This document shows positions 52,302 through 64,000 of a stretch of DNA of 64,000 nt, piece after piece (the stretch's first letter is position 1; each line of letters opens with the position of its first letter). The position numbers and the translations under genes are program-made. The stretch is from Callorhinchus milii (lineage: Eukaryota), in NCBI RefSeq assembly GCF_018977255.1, contig NW_024704743.1:86244001-86308000 (forward strand). The letters run 5' to 3'. The notes below the pieces were generated by a model. The model made no database searches, was not told the DNA's origin, and saw only the letters and a program-made list of their open reading frames with translations.

Positions 52302-52699
52302 GATCCCTATATTCTCCATGACAGCAGATATTCTAGAATAAAAGCTTAACATGGCTCAAATATATCTCGGTCGAATTGCACAAACTATGCAATTGAAATA
52401 AATTTGATCTCAGGCTGATAATCCAACAGACATTATACATTTTCCACATCTTGCATTCCTCAGAAATAATAATTGTCCTACACTATTTTTTCAAAATTGG
52501 GAACAGTTTAGGTATGTATGTGTTGATTCTTTATAGCTTGAAAAGATTCCACTGAACTAAAATATACTGTATTCTCTTCAAAGGCACAATAGCAATTTCA
52601 AATGGAGTCCTTAATTAAAGAATCTGACTGGAAACTTCCTCAGGTAACCAGAAACACATCACATTGACTCTCAGAATGTCACTTTAAAAGGCAATGTCA

Positions 52700-53680
52700 A
52701 CCTGCCTCATAAACCTTTCCCTGTCCACTGGCACTATTCCCACCCCTTTAAAAATAGGCGTCATCACTCCTATGTTTAAAAAACCCTCCCTGGACCCATC
52801 CGTGCTCTCAACTACCACACAATCTCCAACCTCCCTTTCCTTTCCAAGGTCCTGGAACGAGTTATTGTTTCCCAGCTTTGCTCCTTTCTCGCTCGCCACT
52901 TCCTTCACAAACCTCTCCAATCGAGTTTCCTTGCTGTCTAAAGCACAGAAACAGCTTTGGTCAAAGTGATAACACTTTGTCCATCTGTGATCAGAGCTTC
53001 CTCTGCCTCCTCATCCTCCTTGACCTCTCTGCTGCCTTCGATACAGTTGACCACTCCACCCTCCTCCACCACCTCTCCTCTGACCTCAACCTTCATGGTT
53101 CTCTCCTTGAATGGTTCCTTGAGTGATACCTCTCACACCATCTCCAGTTCATCTCCACAAACGGCTTCTCCTCTAGCCCTTGCACCTTCTTGTGCGGCGT
53201 TCCTCAGGGCTCTGTCCTTGGTCCCCACCTCTTCAATATTTATGTGCTCCCTCTTGGTGACATCATCCGCAGACATAGGGTCAATTTTCACATGTATGTG
53301 GATGACACAGAACTCTATCTCTTTGCCTCCAACCTCGACTCCAGGACCACTGTTGTCCTGACAGAATGTCTGTCAGACATCAAGTCCTGGATGAGTTAAC
53401 TTTTGACACTGAGGCCCTCCTGATTGGCTCTGGTCAGTGCCTCCACACCTCAGGCACTGATAGCATCACCATCCATGGATGCACACTCCACCTTACTAAG
53501 CCAGTCCAGAACCTTGTTGTCTTGTTTGACCCACAACTACTCTTTCTACTCCTCATCCGTCCCATGTCCCGCACTGCCTTCCCCAACCTCCGCAACATTT
53601 CCTGGCTCTGCCACGGTTCCACACATCAGGCTGGCGAGATCCTCTTACATGCATTCATAACATCCAGGCTTGACTACACA
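52700..53680 (+). mobile_element. L2 LINE RT fragment
   Basis: [51 protein letters not shown]. Confidence 0.9.
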
Positions 53681-53890
53681 AATGCACACAAAAAGTACAT
53701 TCTCCTGTTATGAAGGGCGCTATATTAAGTGCAAATATTATTATTATTTCCTTTGTTTAATTTAATTCTGCTTGAGGACCTTTCAGCTATCTGTCTTCCA
53801 CCCGACACCTCTCGCACCCTGTTTCCACTAAGTTTTTGTAAAAATATTTTGAAATGTTCTCCCAAGATGAAAGGCTCTATATAAGTATAC

Positions 53891-54196
53891 TAATAATAAT
53901 CCTTGCATTTGGTGTAGTGTTTTTCACGTATTCTAGATGTCTCAAAGTGCTTCACAGAATATAGTGTAAAGTGACTGAATATTTTGTGGGCAAAATGCGG
54001 CAGCCAATTGCGCATAGCAGTGTCCCATCAACAGTCATGGATTGAAGTGACCAATTTTATTTATTTGTTTTTCTTGAGGGATTATTATAAGGTGTGTGGA
54101 GTAAGGAAACTTGCCCAAGGTTTTAGCCTACTGGAAATCAAATTTAGGTCTCTTGCTTTTAAGGCGAGTGCTCTAACCACTGAGCTACAGGACTCC
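53891..54196 (-). mobile_element. tRNA-derived SINE, full length
   Basis: Same family, more diverged. Confidence 0.88.
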
Positions 54197-54465
54197 TGTA
54201 TAAATTGTTGTTGTACTTGAATGGTCTCAATAGTTGTTAATTTGCTGTGAAATCTTAGTGATTTTCCAAATTATAGCTTGGCAGAGTTTCAAGTAGTTCC
54301 ATTTTTCTAGGGAAATGTTCTGACTGTCAATTCAGAAGTGGCTTTGACATTATAACATCTTTGTCATTATTAACAAAACACAAAATACTGCAGATACTGG
54401 AAATCTGAAAACAAAATCAGGAGTCACTGGGAACACTCAGCAGGTCAGGCAGCATCTATGGAGAA

Positions 54466-55275
54466 CAACAACAAAAACAACAATAAGATTACATTTGTAT
54501 AGCGCCTTTCATGTCGGGAGGACGTCCCAAGGCGCTGGACAGTGTGCAGCATTTCAGACCCGAGCTGGGGTCGGGGGAGAAAAGGGAGGGGAGGGGAAGG
54601 GTGATGGCCTATGGCATATTCGAAGAGGAGGGTTTTGAGGTGGGACTTGAAGGAGGCTAAGGAGGGGACGAGGCAGAGTGATTGGGGGATGGAATTCCAG
54701 AGGTTGGGGACAGAGTGACTGAAGGATCTCCCGCCAATGGTGGGGCGGGTGGGTCGGGGAACGTGGAGCAGGCCAGAGCCGGCTGAGCAGAGGGAACGGG
54801 CGGGTTGGTAGGGGGTTAGGAGGTCACAGAGGTAGGGTGGGGTGAGACCATGTAGGTGAGGATCAGGATCTTGAACTAGATCCTCTGAAGGATAGGGAGC
54901 CAATGGAGTCGGGCGAGAATGGGGGAGATGGGGTCATGGAGTTTGGTGCAGGAGAGGACATGGGCTGCAGAATTCTGGATTATCTGCAGCCTGAGGAGGG
55001 AGGAGTTGGGAAGGCTGACAAGTAGTGTGTTTGTATAGTCGAGCCTGGAGGTGATGAAGACATGAACAAGAGTTTCAGGGATGAGGTAGTGGCGGAGTCG
55101 GGTAATGTTACGGAGGTGGGGGAAGGCAGAGCGGGTCATGGCTTGGATGTGGGGAAGAAAAGACAGTTGAGGGTCGAATAAGACACCTAGGTTCCTGACT
55201 AGCTTGGTGCATTGTAGTGTGCAACTCTGGATAGTGCCAGAGCCTGAGGTGCAGAGCGCTGGCACAAGCCAATCA
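54466..55275 (-). mobile_element. L2 LINE 3' fragment
   Basis: VRNLGVLFDPQLSF and LHWLPILQRI, with a (CAA)n tail. Flanked by ggagaa at 54460-54465 and 55276-55281. Confidence 0.9.
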
Positions 55276-55356
55276 GGAGAAAGGAAAATGAGTCAATATT
55301 TTGGGTCCACAACTCTTCGTCAGAACTGGGGCATGTTGGGAGGGGAAACATGCCCC

Positions 55357-55393
55357 AGTTCTGACGAAGGGTCATGGACCCGAAACGTTGACT
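55357..55393 (+). ncRNA. Minimal type-I hammerhead ribozyme motif in a Penelope-like repeat
   Basis: AGTT-CTGACGA-A-GGGTC(ATG)GACCC-GAAA-CGTT-GACT. The CUGAnGA and GAAA cores are intact, stem II has 5 bp, stem III is the palindrome ACGT, and stem I is AGTT/GACT. Confidence 0.7.
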
Positions 55394-55835
55394 CACTTTC
55401 CTTTGTCATTGTTAATACTATTTTTGTCCCTTCTGCAGAGAAACCTGGACGACTTCACTGTGAGAGGCTGCTCTAGCTTATTGGAGGATAGTGTGGGGGA
55501 TGTCCAATTGATTTCAAACCTTTTTTTTGGTACAGGCAGCCTTTGCTGCTCCTCGTTGCCTGACTCCATTCCCTGCACAGATGGAACGCTATCTCTCCAC
55601 TGCTGCCTGCAGAGTAACTGCTTCCCGGCCTCAGCCGCATCGCTCTGAGACAGGGAATTCAGTGGTTTGGGACTCTCCACCTATAGAATAGCCTTTTCAC
55701 TTGGCTGTGCACCTTCCCAATCATGAAGCCCATGGAAGTTACAATATTAATGATCAAAATAACTTGCATGCCAATGACCCTGTGGGTAATTGCTCTATCA
55801 CATGCAATTGACAGTGTTTGCACATCCAAAACATG

Positions 55836-56153
55836 TGGAGTCCTGTAACTCAGTGGTTAGAGCACTCGCTTTGCAAGTGAGAGACCTGAGTTCAATTCCA
55901 GGCAGGGCGAAACCTTGGGCAAGTTTCCTTACTCCACACAGAGCCTAATAATAATCCCTCCAAAACCAAAAACAATAATAAATTGGTCATTTTCAATCTA
56001 CGACTGTTTGTGGGACATTGCTGTGCACAATTGGCTGCCGCGTTCGCCCACAAATAAACAGTCAATTCACTATACAGTGTGTTCTGTGAAGCGCTTTGGG
56101 ATGTCCTCCTGACATGAAAAGTGCTGTATCAAATGCAAGGATTATTATTATTA
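55836..56153 (+). mobile_element. tRNA-derived SINE, full length
   Basis: Near-consensus copy. Candidate TSD atgt in a palindromic target tccaaaacatgtttgga. Confidence 0.92.
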
Positions 56154-57589
56154 TGTTTGGACTATTACACTGACTGACCAGGATGATCAAGTGCCTTTGA
56201 AACACATGGCAGAGGAAATATGTTTAATGAACATGCAGAATATATATCTGCGCTTTTATTTAAAAAGAAACATGTGCTTTATTGACTGAATTGGCAACTT
56301 GAAATATCAAGCCCATTTATAATCTGCTCAGTCTACCAGTTTCAGAAACAAATAAGAGAAATAACAAATAATGGAAATGATTAAAAACAAAAGCAATTCA
56401 AGAAACGTCTTGTGCAGCACTGATGAATTAAGAAACAGTGGAATGACAAAGGAAATGAGAAAAATGACAGCAGAGGAATTTCCATTATTTCCTCTGCTTG
56501 ACACAGACACTGACTCAAACTCCCTGGATGTAGATGGAAAAATAAGATTTAAAGGTTTAAAATTCTTTCCAATTCCTTTAGATACAAGCAGATAAGGCCG
56601 GGAAGTTTCATAATCTATTATACTTTACCAGTAATGGTATCCATGTTACGCCAACACAAACAGGTGAGGGTCGTAACTGATATGCCTTGGGACGTCCTCC
56701 CGACGTGAAAGGCGCTATACAAATGTAATCTTGTTGTTGTTGTTGTTGTTGATACTGCTCTGGGAAAACATGAGGATTATCAAGAGTCTTTCACCATTGG
56801 TATCACTAAGTGTAGCAATTTTGAAGAGTAAGAAATCAGAAAATTTACGTATCATGCTAATGTGAGGCTCCCAAGCACAGCGGTCCTCAGACACTGCTAC
56901 ACCCACATAGGATCTAATTTACAAGTTTGTTAACCATGTGTAAATAAGCTTCCTTTGAAGGAATCAGAGGTGTCTGTAATTGTACAATTAACAACATTAA
57001 AGGGTTTCCAAAATCACAAGAAATCTTTCACACGGGTTGTTGGTTTTATCATTAAGGGCACCTGCAATTCTATTTGTACAGATGTTTACACATGGTTTGC
57101 TCAACCTGTAAAACAGACCCGCTTGTTAGTAATTGATGAGGCAATACTTGAATAAGAGACACATAGAGACACAAATTGTGGGCTCCTAAATGTCCCTTTT
57201 CAACTCATATTGGACTCATGTTAGAGGTGAATGCAACAACAACAACTTTTTGCATTTATATCGTATCCCAGAGCATTTAATAGCCTTTCAATAGTACAAA
57301 AACCCATTCAATAGTAGAAATATCATGAAATGTCCATCTCATCTATAGGGCAGGAATGTAAAAATTCTCCATAAGCAATGTTCAAGATGCTGCAACAGAA
57401 GAATTTTCCTGTGAATTTAGGTAAGGGTGAATTCAACAAAACTGTAGGAGTGACATTTGCAATGTACCTTAATACTTTGCTTCTTTAAATTAGCACAAAT
57501 AATGCATGAAGGAACATCCAAAGATTTGTCCCAGGTTAACATTGGAATAATGTCTCCCACAAATGCTCTCAAATCCAACTTAACAGTCC

Positions 57590-59463
57590 ATCGGCAGATC
57601 TGGCTGGACCTTATCAAATCTTACCACTCCGCCCTCCGCTAAATCGTCCCAGGCTCCTCTTCTCCATAGGCTCCTCCACCCAACCTCTTGCCCATCCTCT
57701 CCTCCAATGCTAACTGTGAGGAGATGCTGGACTTCCTCGAAACCAAAGTCAAGGGATCTGCTCAGTTGCCTCTATCATTCCGATCACTACCACATCCCCA
57801 TCTCCTCCTCACATCATGGCCCCTACCCATCCCTCCCTTCACACCTTTGAACCTGTCTCCCCCTACTTTCTCATCACCACCATAACCCACATGAAACAAT
57901 CACCTGTTCTCTCGAACCCATCCCTACCCCTCTCCTTACCCACCAGCTCATTCCTTACCCCAATACTCACAGACATCATAAACCTCTCCCTGTCCACTGG
58001 TACCGTTCCCACCCCTATAAATACAGCCATCATTACTCCTATCCTTGAAAAACCCTCTCTGGACCCATCCTTGCTCTCAAACTACCGCTCCATCTCCAGC
58101 CTCCCTTTCCTTTCCAAGGTCCTGGAATGAGTCGTTGCTTCCCAGCTTCACTCCTTCCTCTCTCGACACTTCCTTCACGAACTCCTGCAATCGGGATTCT
58201 GTGCCACCCACAGCACAGAAACAGCTCTGGTGAAAGTGACAAATGACATTTTTTCCATCTGTGACCAGGGGCCCCTCTGCCTCCTCATCCTACTTGACCT
58301 CTCTGCTGCCTTTGATACCATTGACCATTCTATCCTCCTCCACCGCCTCTTCTCTTACATCAACCTATATGGTTCTGTCCATGAATGATTCAGATCCTAC
58401 CTCTCACACTGTCTGCACTTTATCTCCACAAACGGCTTCTCCTCTAACCCCCGCACAGTCTCGTGCAGAGTTCCTCAGGGCTGTGTCCTTGGTCCCCTCC
58501 TTTTCCCAATATCTATATGCTCCCACTTGGTGAAAACATCAGTAGACATAGATAGGGTTAATTTCCACATGTATGCAGGTGACACCCAACTCTATTTCTC
58601 TGCCTCCACCCTCGAATCCAGGATCTGTCAGACATCAAGTCCTGGATGAGAGCTACCTTTCCACAGTTGACCGCCAAAGTCCTCCTAATTGGCTCCTGTC
58701 AATGGCTCCACACCTCAGGCACTGACAGCATCACCATCCAAGGATGCACATTTCACCTTACTAAGCCAGTCCGGAACCTTGGCATCTTGTTTGACCCTTA
58801 ACTATGCTTTCTACCATACATCCATGCCATGTCCTGCTCTGCCTTCCCCCACCTCTCCAACATTGCCTGGCTCTGACATTATCTTACACCACAGGCTGCC
58901 GAGACCCTCATACACAAATTCATAACATCCAGGCTCGACTACGCAAACTCTCTGCTTGTCAGTCTCCCCAATTCCTCCCTCCATAGCCTGCAGATCATCC
59001 AGAACTGCAGCCAGTGTCCTCTCCTGCACCAGGCTCCGCGACCCTGTCACACCCATCCTCGCCCAAGATCCTGGTCCTCACAATCATGACTTTGCTCTCC
59101 CCTACTTTTGCAATCCCTTGACCCCCTTATCAACCTGCCCGCTCCCTTCGCTCAGCTGGCTCCAGCCTGCTTCATGTCCTCTGCCACGCCCACCCCACCT
59201 TGGCCAGCGGATCTTCTGCCACTCTTCCCCCATTGTCTGGAACTCCATCCCGCAGTCCCTCCACCTTGCACCCTCCCTTGCCTCCTTCAAGACCCATCTC
59301 AAGACCCTCCTTTTCGACCGTGCTTTGGTCACCCTCCTTCCCCCATGTCCTCCACCCAAGCCCAACCCCCAGCTTGGGTCCGAAACATTGATTATCCAGC
59401 GGCTTGGGACGTCCTCCCGACGTGAAAGGTGCTATACAAATGTAATTTTGTTATTGTTATTGT
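57590..59463 (+). mobile_element. L2 LINE, longest copy in the window (degenerate ORF2 and 3' tail)
   Basis: PILEKPSLDPSLLSNYRSISSLPFLSKVLE, LLDLSAAFDT, VPQG.VLGP and SRLDYANSLL motifs with stops and frameshifts. Ends in gggacgtcctcccgacgtgaaagg...(TGT)n. Confidence 0.92.
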
Positions 59464-61182
59464 ATTGAAGGCTGTTCTTGATCCACACAGCCACAACCTC
59501 AGAGCAGCTGGTAGTATCCATTCAGGTAAATGATGATTAAGCTAGTTTTCTGATCTATGCCATGGGAATACAAGATCTAATTCGAACTAAGGAATAATAA
59601 TAATAATAATCCTTGCTATTGATATCGCGCTTTTCATGTCTTCGAGATGTCTCAAAGCGCTTCACAGAATATACTGTAAAGTGAATTGACTGTATATTTG
59701 TGGGCGAATGCGAACATAGCAATTCTTCTGTCAATGTTCAATTGATTTTGTGTGATTCTTTTTACCCACTGGGCTGCCAGCAGTTGATCTGGAAGATCAG
59801 TGGTGTGTTATCAAGGACATTGTAAATGTAAATCCTATATCTCGAGTTACACAAATATAACATTGGTTACTCTTGGTGTACTGCGGCGTACATACATTGC
59901 TTGTCAATTTCCACTCAGGTTCTTGGTGGCATTATTGTTGTGCAAAGGATTAAAATAAGTGAAGGATTGAAAATTGAAGGATTGAAATAAAAGGATGATC
60001 TTCATGACATCTACGGAGCATGTTTCAAAGCCATGATGAGATTAACACCAAAGCAGATGGAGGATTCACATAAACTACATCGGCATTGTTGGCTTCAGAG
60101 CTCACACAGCTTACTCTCAGCTACATTCATATGATCATTATAAACAGGCTGGTTGATCTTCAACAATATTTAGAAACATGTACATTGTTCAGTTTTCCTT
60201 CAATTTGCCTATTGTTACAATGACAGCCAATTATCAATCATCACTAAAATGATTCTTTCACTCAGCCATATGAGACTTTAAAGGCTTCTCTGAAATCTAA
60301 GGCGCTTTTGATGGCACAAGCTGCATAATGTATTGATCAAACTGTTAATGGGACCCAAAGGGCTCCCCATTAAAAGAACCTTTGTGCCAAATTACATTTT
60401 ATGATTTTTTTAAAAACATGTTATTGTTCTTTTGATTTAAATAGTGTTTGTCGTAAAACATCTGGATTTGCAGATTTCTTTTTCCAAGCTACTTTTTTCT
60501 TATTCTATTCCAAAGAATGCTGCCACATGCTAACGGTTACTCGCGATTTCTTTTAATTGCTCCGTGCTTTCTAATTTGCTTTAGAATTGGTACTTGTAAA
60601 AGCAGCCTTTAGGTATTTTATTGAAGTCAAGCCGAATGTAGGAACGCATTCCTTCTTCTCTAATTACAACATCTATGGTTTCATTATCCTTATTTCTACC
60701 TGACATTTGAATTAAAATTCAGTTTCTGATGTCGAGCATGCTGGAAAGAAAGAATTAGAAATGAATTAACTGCGTAAAGATGTTTTCAGGCTCTGCATAT
60801 TATCCTTCAAAGCTAGGTTCCAATTGAGGTACGATTCAGCAGAATGCTATACTGATGGCATGATACTATAACTTGGTGAATGTTATCTGACCATGCCCAG
60901 AAGGCAAACTGCAAGCTGCCTATGTGAGAAATAGGTGAGAGTTTGGATAACATGGTAAATTTGCCACTTTCTCCATTGGATGCTCGTCTGATTTAGGCTT
61001 ATACCTCGATGAGTACATTTCTATTTATTTATATGGATTCTGAGTTTGCATATTAAGTGAGTTTCAATTAGATCAATGGAAAATATTTTGAGGACAATCC
61101 ACAATTTAATGTATTCAATCATTAAATACCTAAACATGTCACTTGCAATTTTTATGTCATATTTTATACTTTAGCATGTATA

Positions 61183-61983
61183 TGTTACAGCAAAGTTGTG
61201 AAACCAGGGATTTTGCGAAATCCCTGAAATTATTTTAACCAGGGATTTTGTGAAAAAGTAATCATTTCATCATATTGGTAAACTTGCCTTGACACTAACG
61301 CATTATCAACAAATAAATAACACATTATGAAAATTAATATTTTATTCACCGTAAATTTCATGTGGCATTTCATTCACTGAGGAATCAAATATTCGTTTGT
61401 TAACGCAAGTGAGGCTTCCATGACAGCAGGAGTTATATTTTAGCTTTGCTTTGAAGCATTTACAATGGTTGGTCTGACATTTCTTCTGACCCCAGTTACA
61501 TTTCGTAAAGCCGGTACAGGAGATCCCAGGAACATCCCTGGTGTTTCATTAATAGAGATTAGACACTGACCAGTACAAGATAGTAGTGAAGGCTGGCATC
61601 CTGAGGGGTCACTATTCCAGGAACCAATTTGACCTCTGTCCACAGCGATTGTTAACAGAGACCTGCGTCAACCAGGAGAAGTCAGTGTCTGTGAAGCACA
61701 GTCTGTTTATGGTAGACAAGGCTTTATAAAGTGTAACTGCGGTCAGAAGAAATGTCAGACCAACTGTTGTAAATGCTTCAAAGCAAAGCTAAAATTAATT
61801 TTCATAATGTCTTAATCATTTGTTGATCATGCTAACGAGTGTCAAGGCAAGTTTATCAATATGATGAAATGATCACTTTTTCATGAAGTCTCTGACTCCT
61901 AATTTCAGTGATTTCATGGTTTCACAATTTTACTGAAAATGTCAGGTATTTTGCAAAATACCTGGTTTCATAACTTTGTAACA
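61183..61983. mobile_element. Non-autonomous Ginger2/TDD-like DNA transposon, fold-back derivative
   Basis: TGT...ACA termini and long imperfect inverted repeats (61183-61338 vs about 61793-61983). Flanks tata/tatg fit a 4-bp TSD with one mismatch. An internal frameshifted peptide GDPRNI..GV..DQYKIVVKAGILRGHYSRNQFDLCPQRLL..GRQGFIKCNCGQKKCQTNCCKCFKAKLK (61519-61794) is typical of the C-terminus of KRBA2/SCAND3-like Ginger2 integrases. Confidence 0.8.
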
Positions 61984-62245
61984 TATGTATGAAAGCATTA
62001 GCAAACAGTGTCAAGGAAATGTCGACTGTCAGGGCCAGGGCAGATATTTCCCTAATGCAATAAATATATATGTATACGTTATTGGTGTGCTTGTTATTGA
62101 CCAAAAGGTGGATGAAAAGCTACGTCGCCGATACATTTTGTAGGTTATAGTGGTTGTAATTCATTTGGATATCTTAAAAACTGATGAGCTTTGAATCTGT
62201 GCTGAGTTACTTGATCTCAGCCAAGGCAGCATTTCTGGTGATACA

Positions 62246-62420
62246 ACAACCCAACTTGCACTTATAGAGTGTCCTCCACGCAGGGTAGAGTCTCAGAGCG
62301 CTTAACAGTGGTGGAGCCTGACTCCGAGCTGAGGGGGAGGGAGGAGGTGGCCATAAGCACTTCAGGAAAGTCTTCAGGTGGGAATTGAAAGAGGGAAGAG
62401 AGGGGGCAAGGCGGAGGGAC
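62246..62420 (-). mobile_element. Short L2-like 3' fragment nested in an older repeat
   Basis: SLRLAPSLPSFNSHLKTFL remnant and a tail. The flanking repeat (ctgtgctgagtta.ctgatctcagcc...caattgccctcag) resumes after it. Confidence 0.55.
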
Positions 62421-62865
62421 ACAATTGCCCTCAGCAGCTTGTTGTTAGTGGAAAGAAAAGTCAGGCTGTGAAAGTGATTTCGAGTGGGTGTCAGGTGAGG
62501 ACTGATTTAGGATTGTATTTAGTTGTGATATTTGCACATGGTCAAATGATCTGTTGACAATTATCATCTAGGAACAGAGATAAGGGAAGGAAATAGGTCT
62601 ATGAAAGGTGGGTGATGAGTGCAAAAGTCAGACAAGTTTCCATCCACTGTTAAAGACAAATGCAAAAAGAGCTCTATATTTTAGAATCCAATAATGATCA
62701 AGTTGTGCAGTTTATTTTTGCTTATATTGTACATGTCATGATTTACATTAAATCCGTTGTAGTGATTTTAATCGTATATATTATATATATTATATTTTAA
62801 TCTGTTCCTTTAATGGATACTTCCGGAAGGATTTCTTCATAAAACATCATTTACAGAAAAAAACT

Positions 62866-63260
62866 TTCATTTGATATAGTGTCTTTCACTTTGGGAAAAC
62901 ACTCAAAGCATGTTACAGGATTTACTGTGTATTTTTGTAGATGAAAATGGGGAATCAATTTGCAACATAACAATGTTCTACAAATAGCGCTGACATTAAT
63001 GATCAATTTAATTGTTGGATGGATACTGGAAGAAACTCTTTTCTTTTTGAGTAGTTCCTTGGAATCTTCAACGTAACCCTCAACAGACAAATTCGACTTT
63101 GGTTTCACATCTCACTCAAAGAATGGCACCTTCAGCAATATAACGTTGACACTTTATCGGAGTGTCAGCCTAGATTATGAACTAAAAGTCCCATGGGGCC
63201 TGAACCTACAACCTTCTGACCCAAAAGCAAAGCTGCTGCCAACTGAGCCAGGCTGACACC
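62866..63260 (-). mobile_element. Deu-domain SINE, diverged
   Basis: ccaactgagccaggctgacacc head, core and tail. Confidence 0.7.
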
Positions 63261-63887
63261 TAATTCGTAGTAAACATGGCAAAAAATCTTGTTAATCTGA
63301 TATTTTTGTCAGACTCAATACTCTTTACTGACAAAAAGGAAAGTGACAAGTTGAACGGCAATGTAAAATACATGTGCACAACTGTCTCTGTGAATATAAA
63401 GCTTGTTACTTTAATGCAGCAATACAATACCTCTGTGGAAAAAAGTTTACTTTCTCAGTGCTCTAATCTTTGGGGAAGAAACGTGAGATTTAGCAATATT
63501 CTAGCTCCCGAAGAACAAAAATAGTTGTGAATATTTTAAGATGAGATCATAATAGTCCTTGACTTAAATTTCCTCCACTTTTACTGCCATATGTGACACA
63601 CACTCCCATGGGATAGTAGTATTTAAGATAACCTTGAGAATGTGTGAGATTATATAATGGCAATTCCATTGCACACAACCAAAATCTTGTGAGGTCCACA
63701 TTGCTACATGACAAGGAAGGTCAAAAACAGACATCCAACGAATGAGTTATGTTGTAGCTGATCAGCGCTGAACTGCTAACTGGACATTTTAGGAAAGCCC
63801 ATTTCAAACATTATTTGAAAAGCTAATAGAGTTCTTGTAAGAACAACAGACAAGATCTTGTCTGATACTAGAGTTCGAAGTTTGAAT

Positions 63888-63907
63888 CTCTCTCTCTCTC
63901 TCTCTCT
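63888..63907. repeat. (CT)n microsatellite
   Basis: Directly visible. Confidence 0.85.
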
Positions 63908-64000
63908 TTGCCCTTATAGACCCAATCCAATGTTGACAGAGTAATTGGTTAGTATCCTCAAATTTAAATATATAAAAAAAAAGTCAATTCACTTTACAGT

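Larger units (their letters stand above)
54376..55405. mobile_element. Penelope-like inverted terminal repeat interrupted by an L2 insertion
   Basis: 54376-54465 and 55276-55405 join to reproduce the 1620-1770 sequence. Hairpin arms at about 55278-55336 and 55348-55405. Confidence 0.6.

Noticed and set aside
59950..59998. Short gaaggattgaaa tandem repeat
   Set aside because: Two to three short copies, consistent with ordinary slippage.
35300..64000. First exon of a downstream neighbour gene such as ANGPT1
   Set aside because: I found no matching peptide, signal-peptide exon or CpG island.
1..64000. CRISPR array, operon or other prokaryotic defence system
   Set aside because: The sequence is vertebrate intronic and intergenic DNA. 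The recurring gggacgtcctcccgacgtg motif is a dispersed retroposon tail, not a regularly spaced array.

Overview
This is eukaryotic, AT-rich, repeat-dense vertebrate genomic DNA. The repeat content (L2 and CR1 LINEs, Deu-domain SINEs, a young tRNA-derived SINE with an L2-type tail, Penelope-type palindromes) points to a cartilaginous fish, plausibly a chimaera such as the elephant shark; that assignment is inference from recalled repeat families. The only host coding sequence I can support is the terminal exon of R-spondin 2 (RSPO2) at 34462-34580 (+), which the ORF track misses, followed by its 3' UTR. Positions 1-34461 are therefore probably the 3' part of a long last intron, and the rest is probably intergenic. 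Nearly all ORFs in the track are L2 reverse-transcriptase fragments, repeat read-throughs or noise. The most notable observations are: (1) an 801-bp fold-back Ginger2/TDD-like DNA transposon derivative built from two copies of the parent element's 3' end; (2) minimal hammerhead ribozyme motifs in Penelope-type inverted repeats, one on the sense strand of the RSPO2 intron; (3) a 3' stem-loop shared by SINEs and L2, with two loop variants; (4) a fold-back duplication at the 5' end of an L2; (5) an unclassified four-copy repeat. I see no convincing evidence of a wholly new multi-gene system. Repeat boundaries are approximate unless stated otherwise.
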